Positions 8,126 through 15,744 of a stretch of 29,015 nucleotides of DNA are shown one piece after another. The stretch comes from a virus (taxonomy: Duplodnaviria > Caudoviricetes): positions 1-29,015 of IMG/VR virus record IMGVR_UViG_3300037419_000862; one strand, 5' to 3'. The notes beneath the pieces were generated by a model, which worked only from the letters and a program-made list of their open reading frames with translations, made no database searches and was not told the origin of the DNA. Both the position numbers and the translations under genes were made by a program. Numbering within the stretch: the first letter of the stretch is position 1; every line of letters begins with the position of its first letter.

Positions 8126-9371
8126 GTTCGACGATGGAGATTGGCCCGAAGGCTATGGGCGCATTCCGCTCCCGCCGACAGAGCCAGGCAACGATCTCGA
8201 GCCGCCGACCTGGCTGCGCGAAGTGCCGCCCGTCGGAGAAGCCATCGCGACGCCAGAGCCGATCGTCGCCACGCCGTTCCAATGGCGCAACGAAGCCGAC
8301 ATCCCGCGGCGCATGTGGCTCTACGGCAGGCACCTGCTGCGCCGTTTCGTCAGTGTCGACGTCGCGGCCGGCGGCACCGGGAAATCGTCGGTCAAGATCG
8401 GCGAAGCCCTGGCGATGGCGTCCGGACGCAACCTTTATTCGACCGAGGTTCACGAAGGCCCGCTCGCTGTGTGGCTCTACAATCTCGAGGATCCGGCCGA
8501 GGAGTCTGAACGCCGCATCCACGCCACCGCCAAGTGGTTCCATATCGCGCCTGCCGATGTCGATGGCCGTCTGTTCGTCGACAGCGGGCGCGAGCAGCGC
8601 TGCGTCATCGCGACCGAGACCGAGTACGGCGTCCGCATCGCCCAGCCCGTCTACGAGCAGATCAAGGCCCAGCTTCTCGAGCGGAATATCGACGTGCTGA
8701 TCATCGACCCGTTCGTCTCCAGCCACGAGGTCAGCGAGAACGACAATCGCGCGATCGATGCCGTGGCAAAAGCATGGGGACGCCTCGCCGATGAATGCAA
8801 CTGCTCGATCAACCTCGTGCATCACGTCCGCAAGGGCAACGGGACCGAGACGAACGCCGACAGTGCCCGCGGCGCGAAGGCCCTGGTCGACGCGGCGCGC
8901 AGCGTCCAAGTCTTCAACCGCATGAGCCCCGACGAAGCCTCGCTCGCCGGCATCGCCGAGGACCAGCGCGGCTTCTACTTCAGGGTCCAGAACGACAAAG
9001 CAAACCTGGCGCCGCCCGAGAAGGCGTCGTGGTATCGCATGAACAACGTCAGCCTCGACAACGGCGATCAGGTCGGGGTGGCGTCACCGTGGAAATGGCC
9101 GGAGCTGTTCGAAGGCATTTCGACACGTCATCTGATCGCAGCGCAGAAAGCCGTCGAGCAGGGCGAATGGCGGTTCGACAGCCGGTCCCCGGAATGGGTC
9201 GGCTTCGCCGTCGCCAAAGCCCTCGACATGGACGTCGAAGCGTCCCGCAAGCGCATCTCCAACCTGCTCAAGGAATGGATCGCGAACGGGGCTTTCGAGG
9301 TCGTCGAAAAGCTCGACGCCAAGAGCATGAACCGCAAGTTCGTGGTGGTCGGAAAGTGGGCTGTGGAATGA
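8112..9371 (+). CDS. RepA/RecA-like AAA_25 replicative helicase
   Basis: Walker A AAGGTGKS, YNLED, Walker B VLIIDP, LVHHVRK, ARGAKALVDAAR, DKANLAP. Confidence 0.9.
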   Translation: MGVAEFDDGDWPEGYGRIPLPPTEPGNDLEPPTWLREVPPVGEAIATPEPIVATPFQWRNEADIPRRMWLYGRHLLRRFVSVDVAAGGTGKSSVKIGEALAMASGRNLYSTEVHEGPLAVWLYNLEDPAEESERRIHATAKWFHIAPADVDGRLFVDSGREQRCVIATETEYGVRIAQPVYEQIKAQLLERNIDVLIIDPFVSSHEVSENDNRAIDAVAKAWGRLADECNCSINLVHHVRKGNGTETNADSARGAKALVDAARSVQVFNRMSPDEASLAGIAEDQRGFYFRVQNDKANLAPPEKASWYRMNNVSLDNGDQVGVASPWKWPELFEGISTRHLIAAQKAVEQGEWRFDSRSPEWVGFAVAKALDMDVEASRKRISNLLKEWIANGAFEVVEKLDAKSMNRKFVVVGKWAVE

Positions 9372-9489
9372 CCGTGCGCAACTGTGGATTGACTGGGGAA
9401 AACTGGGGCAGCGGAGGGTGCTTCTCCCCAGTCCCCCCTAAAGGGGTACGACTGGGGATGCGCACCGCTTCACCCGTAGCTGACTGTGG
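9360..9489. repeat. iteron-like ACTG(T/G)GG repeats plus cruciform; candidate replication origin
   Basis: ACTGTGG 9381 and 9483; ACTGGGG 9392, 9402, 9451; inverted TCCCCAGTC(9425-9433)/GACTGGGGA(9450-9458) enclosing CCCCCTAAAGGGG. Confidence 0.6.
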
Positions 9490-9516
9490 TCGCACCGTTG
9501 CAGGTGGAGCGTGCTG

Positions 9517-9993
9517 ATGTCCGTCAAGAACCGTTCGTTCGAGCTTTCGAACCCGCCGCTGACGAGCGTCGAGAAGGTCGCCTACGAGCACTGTCGCGAC
9601 AAGGCGCGCAACGGCGAGGCGGTGACGCATCTCAGCGTCATGGATGCGATCGGATCGCAAAACACCACCGGCGGAACATCGGCCGGCGTCCTGCAGCGGC
9701 TCGAGGCCAAGGGCTACATCGAGCGGAGGACGTACCAGCGCGGCGTCCAGGTGTGCATCGTCGCGACTGGCGAATGCACCGCTCAGCCGCCATGCCTGAC
9801 GCCGCACTGGCGCATGATCACCGACCGGCCGCCTGTTCCCGCGATTCACCAAGTCCGGCAACGCGATATGACGCTGGCGCAATGGATCGAAGCGGAAGCC
9901 CGTCGCACGAACCGAGACCATCTCGACTTCCTCCAGGAATTAGTCCGGAGGGGTGCGCAGGATTATCGAGCGGACCTGGAGATGTCCCGATGA
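9517..9993 (+). CDS. winged-HTH (LexA-N-like) DNA-binding protein
   Basis: LTSVEKVAYEHC...VMDAIG...AGVLQRLEAKGYIERR resembles the LexA DNA-binding domain. Confidence 0.6.
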   Translation: MSVKNRSFELSNPPLTSVEKVAYEHCRDKARNGEAVTHLSVMDAIGSQNTTGGTSAGVLQRLEAKGYIERRTYQRGVQVCIVATGECTAQPPCLTPHWRMITDRPPVPAIHQVRQRDMTLAQWIEAEARRTNRDHLDFLQELVRRGAQDYRADLEMSR

Positions 9994-10151
9994 AGGTTCG
10001 CGAGGACATCCACGAGCTGAGCGATCGCGAGCTTGCAACGGCGCTCGACGAGTTCGCCTGCGTCGTTCGCGAGGACATGGCCGGGCCGCGGACGGCCGAG
10101 GTCTTGAACGAGGCGGCCACGAGGCTGCGGACAAAGGGAGAAGCGAAATGA
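9990..10151 (+). CDS. small hypothetical protein
   Basis: MKVREDIHELSDRELATALDEFA...; ATGA-coupled. Confidence 0.6.
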   Translation: MKVREDIHELSDRELATALDEFACVVREDMAGPRTAEVLNEAATRLRTKGEAK

Positions 10152-10276
10152 CCCTCGGTAATGCCATCATGATCATCGTCGCTTTCGCGGCGATCTATTT
10201 CGCCGGCGCGTTCGTCAGCGCCAAGCTGTTCAAGCGCGACCAGTGGCCGTTTCGCGCGAGCATCCTGAAGCTGTGA
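10148..10276 (+). CDS. small single-TM membrane protein
   Basis: MTLGNAIMIIVAFAAIYFAGAFVSAKLFKR; GGGAG RBS. Confidence 0.6.
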   Translation: MTLGNAIMIIVAFAAIYFAGAFVSAKLFKRDQWPFRASILKL

Positions 10277-10277
10277 G

Positions 10278-10685
10278 ATGCAGCGCGGACGTCCTTCCCT
10301 CTATAGCGACAAGATCGCGGACGTGATCGTCGAAAGGATCATCGAAGGTCAAAGCCTTCGCTCGATCTGCAGCGACGAGAAGATGCCGAACCGCGCGACC
10401 GTGCTTAGGTGGTTGGACGGGAACGAAATTTTCGCGGCCAAGTACGCACGCGCGCGCGAGTTCCAGGGCGATTACATGGACGATTTGATCCTCGAAGCGG
10501 CGGAGCAAACGGACGAGGACAATGCCGTTGCGCAGCGCGTGAAGATCGACGCGTACAAATGGCGGGCGGCTAAGCTCCAGCCCAAGCGCTACGGCGACAA
10601 GCTCGACCTCACCTCGGCGGGCGAAAAGCTGGGTCTGTCGAGCGAGATCGAGGCCGCGCGGCAGCGCGTGGCGAAGGGGGAATGA
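10278..10685 (+). CDS. terS: terminase small subunit (Sf6-like)
   Basis: GRPSLYS...IIEGQSLRSICSDEKMPNRATVLRWL...YARARE...RVKIDAYKWRAAKLQPKRYGDK. Confidence 0.9.
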   Translation: MQRGRPSLYSDKIADVIVERIIEGQSLRSICSDEKMPNRATVLRWLDGNEIFAAKYARAREFQGDYMDDLILEAAEQTDEDNAVAQRVKIDAYKWRAAKLQPKRYGDKLDLTSAGEKLGLSSEIEAARQRVAKGE

Positions 10686-11128
10686 TGACCCGCGTCGAAT
10701 ATGCCCTCCTCGCGCTGCTGGCCTGCATCGGCCTGCTGCTGATCGCATCGCTCCCGGCTCACGCGAAGCCCGCGAGCTCGACCTACTGCCTCGCGATCGA
10801 TGGCGACACGATAGTCTGCCGCGTCGGCCTTGAGCGCGTGCACTTGCGCCTCAACGGCATCGATGCACCTGAATTGCCGGGACACTGCCGCAAGGGCCGC
10901 CACTGCGCGCCTGGCGATCCGTATGCGTCGAAGGCCAATCTCTCAGGCCTGATCGCCGGCAAGCGCGTTCACTGGCTGGATCTCGGCACCGACAAATACG
11001 GCCGCACGATTGCCGAGGTGAAGGTGGGTCGTGTTGACGTGCAGTGCGCGCAGCTCAAGGGCGGGTTCGCGATTTACAAGCCGCGGTGGGATAATGGCAG
11101 GACTGCGAAGCGCGAGTGCAGGTTGTGA
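10682..11128 (+). CDS. thermonuclease (SNase) family protein with signal peptide
   Basis: Hydrophobic N-terminus ending PAHA; IDGDT, RLNGIDAPE, DKYGRTIA catalytic motifs. Confidence 0.9.
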   Translation: MMTRVEYALLALLACIGLLLIASLPAHAKPASSTYCLAIDGDTIVCRVGLERVHLRLNGIDAPELPGHCRKGRHCAPGDPYASKANLSGLIAGKRVHWLDLGTDKYGRTIAEVKVGRVDVQCAQLKGGFAIYKPRWDNGRTAKRECRL

Positions 11129-11388
11129 TCATCCCGCTCTTCGCGCTAGGAATGTTTTCGCTCGGAGTTGCCGCAGGGCAGCTCTTAGCAGATAGGGACG
11201 CAAAGCCACGGCGCGCAGATCAAGCTGAAGCTATCAGAACTAGGCTTCTGGAGAATGTGCGTTCGCTGGACTTGGCGCGGAAATTTGCCAGCAACAATAT
11301 GTCAGTTCAACATCGCAGTACGTTCAACGTGGACGGCAGAAGCTACGACCTAATCCTTATCCCTGAAGATGAGCGTGGCTCGCGCTGA
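11116..11388 (+). CDS. hypothetical membrane-anchored protein, visibly more AT-rich DNA
   Basis: N-terminal hydrophobic segment; composition differs from flanks by eye. Confidence 0.5.
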   Translation: MQVVIIPLFALGMFSLGVAAGQLLADRDAKPRRADQAEAIRTRLLENVRSLDLARKFASNNMSVQHRSTFNVDGRSYDLILIPEDERGSR

Positions 11389-12889
11389 CCCCAACATCGA
11401 GCTCGCCCGGGAAATGGGCTCGTTCGCGTTCGATCCCCTGAAGCACGCGATGTTCACCTTCCCGTGGGGCGTCGACGGAACGCCGCTCGCCACCGTGAAG
11501 GGCCCGCGGACATGGCAGCGCGGCGTCAAGGAGGTTATACGCGACCATCTCGCCAATCCGGAGACGCGCTACGAGCCGTGCCTGATTGCGGTCGCTTCAG
11601 GCCACGGCATCGGCAAGTCGGCCGAAGTCGGCATGATCAGCAAGTGGGCGCTCGACTGCTGGCCCGATGCGCGCGTCGTGATCACCGCGAACACCGAGCA
11701 GCAGCTGCTCACCAAGACGTCGCCGGAGGTCGCCAAGTGGCACCGCATGGCGATCACGCGCGACTGGTTCAACCTCGCGACGATGAAGATCAGCTCGAAG
11801 GAGCCCGGCCATTCCGACAGCTGGCGCCTCGATTTCGTGACGTGGAGCGCCAACAACACCGAGGCCTTCGCCGGCTTGCATAACGTCGGGCGCATCATCG
11901 TGATCATCACCGACGAAAGCTCGAGCATCGACGACAAGGTGGCCGAGGTCATCCAGGGCGCGATGACCGACGAGGGCACAGTGATCATCTGGCTGGCGCT
12001 CGGTAACCCGACGCGCAACGTCGGCTGGTTCCGCGAGTGCTTCGGGCGCTATCGCTATCGCTGGTACACGCTGCAGGTCGACAGCCGCACGGTCGAGGGC
12101 ACGAACAAGGCCTATCTGCAGGAGATCATCGACACTTACGGCGAGGACAGCGACATTGCGCGCGTTCGCGTCAAGGGCCAGTTCCCGCGCGCTTCGTCGA
12201 TGCAGTTCATTTCGTCGGCGCTGGTCGAGGCAGCAAGGAAGCGCGAGCTGCAGCCGCTGACGACCGATCCGCTGATCTATGGGCTCGACTGTGCGCGCTA
12301 CGGCGACGACAGCAGCGTGCTTGCCAAACGCATCGGGCGCGACGCCAAGTCGAAGCCGTGGAAGCGCTGGCAGGGCGTGGATGCGATGACGTTGGCCGGA
12401 GACGTGGCGCGCATGGCCGAGGAGGAAATGCCGGACGCGATTTTCGTCGACGCCGGATCGATCGGCGCTGCTGTGATCGATCGACTGCGCCAGCTGGGCC
12501 TCAAGAACGTGCACGAGGTCTGGTTCGGCGGACAGGGCAAGGACGTCGAGCTTCCCGGCAACGTCCGCTTCCGCGTCGCCAACAAGCGCGCCGAGATGTG
12601 GGTGCGGATGCGCAACTGGCTCGAAGGTGGAGCGATTCCCGACAAGCAGGTGATCGAGGACGACATGGTCGGAGCCGAGTACGGCTTCGGGCGCGACGAG
12701 ACGACGCTGCAATTGGAACGCAAGGAGCACATGCGGGCGCGTGGCCTTGCATCGCCGGACAATGCCGACGCGCTCGCCTGCACCTTCGCCGAGTTCGTTG
12801 CGCCGCGGCCGCTACCGGGATATCTGGAAAAGGCGGTGCGCCGCTCAGCGGACGGCGAGCCTGACATTTACAGGGATCTGTACCAGTGA
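11369..12889 (+). CDS. terL: terminase large subunit
   Basis: Walker A SGHGIGKS, Walker B IVIITDES, GNPTR, nuclease motifs GLDCARYGDD and SPDNADALA. Confidence 0.95.
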   Translation: MSVARADPNIELAREMGSFAFDPLKHAMFTFPWGVDGTPLATVKGPRTWQRGVKEVIRDHLANPETRYEPCLIAVASGHGIGKSAEVGMISKWALDCWPDARVVITANTEQQLLTKTSPEVAKWHRMAITRDWFNLATMKISSKEPGHSDSWRLDFVTWSANNTEAFAGLHNVGRIIVIITDESSSIDDKVAEVIQGAMTDEGTVIIWLALGNPTRNVGWFRECFGRYRYRWYTLQVDSRTVEGTNKAYLQEIIDTYGEDSDIARVRVKGQFPRASSMQFISSALVEAARKRELQPLTTDPLIYGLDCARYGDDSSVLAKRIGRDAKSKPWKRWQGVDAMTLAGDVARMAEEEMPDAIFVDAGSIGAAVIDRLRQLGLKNVHEVWFGGQGKDVELPGNVRFRVANKRAEMWVRMRNWLEGGAIPDKQVIEDDMVGAEYGFGRDETTLQLERKEHMRARGLASPDNADALACTFAEFVAPRPLPGYLEKAVRRSADGEPDIYRDLYQ

Positions 12890-13401
12890 GCGGGTTTCCG
12901 GCCGTGCCCGCTTGGCTTCCCGCGCCTGGGCAGTCTTATGCCTTAACCCGCGCCAAGTCTTACTGTGAGGACGGTGAGCGCTTGATCGAGCGGATCGCAT
13001 TCTGGCAAGCCCTTGGTCCATTGGCAGACCGGATTGTGCTGGGGCTCGTCGACAAGCTGGAGCGAGTGACTGACGAGGTTGATGACTTCCTGCGTATGGA
13101 ACGCGCGGACAAGCCAAAATGGATTGCACCGCCCTGTGCGTCGCTTCCCCCGGCGACGCAGATTTACAGTCCGCCCAAGTCGTTCGTCGATGCTGCTGGC
13201 CGAGTTCATATTCAGACGAGCGATGGTGTGCACCTCGTGACGGATGGTGGAGGCACGTGGGTGACGGTGTCGAGCTTCCCGAACCTCCTCGCGCTTAGCC
13301 TCGAACCAGGCGCCAGCAGCCGACAGGCCGACGATCAGCGCGCTCGCCGCGAACGTCCCGAACCACTGCTCGAACACCAGGAACATCGTCACGCCGATTA
13401 G
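12886..13401 (+). CDS. hypothetical protein (3' end uncertain)
   Basis: GTGA overlap with terL; contains one Asp-box-like VTDGGGTW; overlaps a convergent ORF. Confidence 0.45.
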   Translation: MSGFPAVPAWLPAPGQSYALTRAKSYCEDGERLIERIAFWQALGPLADRIVLGLVDKLERVTDEVDDFLRMERADKPKWIAPPCASLPPATQIYSPPKSFVDAAGRVHIQTSDGVHLVTDGGGTWVTVSSFPNLLALSLEPGASSRQADDQRARRERPEPLLEHQEHRHAD

Positions 13402-13449
13402 GCTCAGCATCAGCGCCAGAGCGGCGGCGGTTGCAGGCGTGCGTGTCAT
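12943..13449 (-). CDS. putative two-TM membrane protein (moron); extent uncertain
   Basis: MTRTPATAAALALMLSLIGVTMFLVFEQWFGTFAASALIVGLSAAGAWFEAKREE; possible promoter TTGAAT-18-TATCCG-6-ATG. Confidence 0.5.
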   Translation of the reverse strand: MTRTPATAAALALMLSLIGVTMFLVFEQWFGTFAASALIVGLSAAGAWFEAKREEVREARHRHPRASTIRHEVHTIARLNMNSASSIDERLGRTVNLRRRGKRRTGRCNPFWLVRAFHTQEVINLVSHSLQLVDEPQHNPVCQWTKGLPECDPLDQALTVLTVRLGAG

Positions 13450-13476
13450 GACGTTCGGATAAAGCATAAGGCCGCC

Positions 13477-13515
13477 GCGATTCAAGGTCACCCGTCCGCC
13501 CAATAGGCGAGCGGC
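13477..13515 (+). promoter_or_regulatory. putative late promoter copy 1
   Basis: GCGATTCAA-N18-TAGGCG-N6-ATG(13516). Confidence 0.75.
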
Positions 13516-13548
13516 ATGGCAAAAGCCGCAGCAGCTGCCCGCAGATGA
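13516..13548 (+). CDS. 10-aa leader ORF MAKAAAAARR
   Basis: ATG at the motif-defined position; its TGA overlaps ATG 13545. Confidence 0.45.
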   Translation: MAKAAAAARR

Positions 13549-15743
13549 GCGGGCTGATCAAATCCGTCGCTCGCGGCTTTGGCTTCGGCTTCGGCGTCCC
13601 GCACAAGCAGACGACGCCCACGATCCTGACGCTCGGAACGCTGTCGCTTTCCAACGCCACCATCCCCGAGGGCACGCCTGCCGGAACGCAGGTCGGCATC
13701 TTCCTCGGCAAGACCGCTGGCTCGGTCATCAGCCTCACCGACGACGCCGGCGGCCGGTTCAGCAGCTCGGGCGGCATTCTCTACACCGGGCCAATCCCGA
13801 CCGACTTCGAGACGGCGACCTTCCACGACATCAGCGGCACGGAGACGCTTGCAGGAGCAATCGGCTCGCCCAAGCCGTTCACGATCCGGATCAGCGTCAC
13901 CAATGTCGTCGAAGGGCCGCTGTTCGTCACCCTGACGCTGTCGCAGAATACGTTCGTCCAGGGTACGCCGGTCACCGCCAACATTCTCGGCACGCAGACC
14001 GGATCGACGATCAGCGGGTCGCTGCCGGCGGGCTTCACGCTCAACAGCGCGGCGCGGACCATCGCATGGGACGGCACGGGCTCGCCGGCAACCGGGACGT
14101 TCATGCTGGCCGAGGCGATCACGGTGGGCGGGCTGCCGTTCACCAACAATTCGACCATCGGCTACACGATCAATTCGTCCAGCTCGATCGACAGCACAAT
14201 CACGCCGCCGGTCATCTCGCTGGCGGTCGCTCCGCTCACCTATCCGCCACAGCTCAACGTCGACTTCATGGATGCGCAGGTGATCGCCGGATCAACGACG
14301 AGCGATCCCAACGCGGATGTGCTGGTGGTCAGGAAATCGACGACTTACCCAGTGCCCTCGAACGCGACTGCGGCGCGGGTCATCCTGACCGATGCGATTG
14401 TGAATGCAGGCGGCTTCACCTTTGCTGCCAACAGCGACACGCCGACCTTCCTGTCCTCGATCGTCAGCCCCGCGCAGACCTTCTTCAATTGCTTCATCGA
14501 TCGCCCATCCCAAGGCAAGCATGGGCCCGACAGCGTCACGATCAAGCACGGCGATGCGAGCGCGCCGACGATGGTCACGACCTCGCCGACATCGGCCGCC
14601 GAGCGCAATGTCATCATCGCCTCGCTCACGCTTTCAGAGCCGGTCACGGTTCTTTCGATCAGCGGTTCCGACGGAGCTCTGGTCAAGGTCGCAGAGACCA
14701 GCCCCAGTTCCACATTGACGATCCAGACCGCCGACGGCTCGATCAGCAACTACGAGACCCATCCGAGCTATTCGTACACGCTCAATGTCGTCGATCTCGC
14801 CGGGAATGCGGCGGCCCTCCCGATGGTCTCGAACCTGACCGACATTGACGAGGTTCCGAACACGACGACCTTCTCTCCGGTTTCCAGCGCGACGGGCGGA
14901 AACCACTACCAGGTCACCTACACAGTTGCCGGCATTCCTTCAGGCGTCACCATCCCGCTCACCATTTCCGGACCCGGCACGACGTTCAAGAACGGCGGCC
15001 CGTCCGGAACCGGAGGAACGCTCGGGACCGGGCCGATCACGGGCGTCCTCAACGACATCATCGTCGTCGATGTCCAGGCCGACACCAATCCGGCAACCCG
15101 CACGGCCGTGCTTTCTGGCGGCGAACCGAGCATCACCATCGGCTCGTTCGTCGTCACGACGCCGGGGCAATCGGCTTTCCTCGATACGACCGTCAACCCG
15201 ACCATCTACACCTACTCCAATCCGTCGAGCAGCACGCCGAAGACCGCCAAGAACACCAGCGGGACCGGCAACCATCCGGCGGTCGCCGCCTCTGCCCTGT
15301 CCAGCGGCAAGTTCTATTCCGAATTCGTGATCGATGCCGCCAGCAGCAGCTGTAGCATCGGCCTCGTCGATTCCGTCGCGAACCTCGCCACCTTCCTTGG
15401 CGGCGATACCGGCGGCCACAGCATCGGCTGGGTCGCCAACGGCGTGGTGTGGCGCTCGAACGCCATCGTCAGCGCAAGTTATCCGACGTGGACGACCGGC
15501 GATCGCCTCGCGATGATCGAGGACGAGACGAACCAGAAGGTTTACTTCGGCAAGTTCGTCTCCGGCTCGGTCGTCTGGCAGGGCGATCCTGTCGCGGGCA
15601 CCGGCGGCGTCACCATGCCGAGCGGCGTCGGACCATTCCGCGCCGCACTCATGGCGGGCGCGCTCAACAACCAGATCACCGCCTGCTTCAGCGCCGCCGA
15701 CCAGATCGGCGCGCCGCCTTCAGGCTGCACGACGAGGGCATGA
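13545..15743 (+). CDS. virion fibre/head-spike-like protein with Ig/cadherin-like repeats and C-terminal SPRY-like domain
   Basis: N-terminal GFGFGFG; cadherin-like IPEGTPAGTQVG...DFET...ISVTNVVE and NYETHPSYSYTLNVVDLAGN...LTDIDE; SPRY-like SGKFYSEF...SIGL...WTTGDRLAMIEDETNQKVYFGK; Thr/Ser/Gly rich. Confidence 0.75.
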   Translation: MSGLIKSVARGFGFGFGVPHKQTTPTILTLGTLSLSNATIPEGTPAGTQVGIFLGKTAGSVISLTDDAGGRFSSSGGILYTGPIPTDFETATFHDISGTETLAGAIGSPKPFTIRISVTNVVEGPLFVTLTLSQNTFVQGTPVTANILGTQTGSTISGSLPAGFTLNSAARTIAWDGTGSPATGTFMLAEAITVGGLPFTNNSTIGYTINSSSSIDSTITPPVISLAVAPLTYPPQLNVDFMDAQVIAGSTTSDPNADVLVVRKSTTYPVPSNATAARVILTDAIVNAGGFTFAANSDTPTFLSSIVSPAQTFFNCFIDRPSQGKHGPDSVTIKHGDASAPTMVTTSPTSAAERNVIIASLTLSEPVTVLSISGSDGALVKVAETSPSSTLTIQTADGSISNYETHPSYSYTLNVVDLAGNAAALPMVSNLTDIDEVPNTTTFSPVSSATGGNHYQVTYTVAGIPSGVTIPLTISGPGTTFKNGGPSGTGGTLGTGPITGVLNDIIVVDVQADTNPATRTAVLSGGEPSITIGSFVVTTPGQSAFLDTTVNPTIYTYSNPSSSTPKTAKNTSGTGNHPAVAASALSSGKFYSEFVIDAASSSCSIGLVDSVANLATFLGGDTGGHSIGWVANGVVWRSNAIVSASYPTWTTGDRLAMIEDETNQKVYFGKFVSGSVVWQGDPVAGTGGVTMPSGVGPFRAALMAGALNNQITACFSAADQIGAPPSGCTTRA

Positions 15744-15744
15744 G

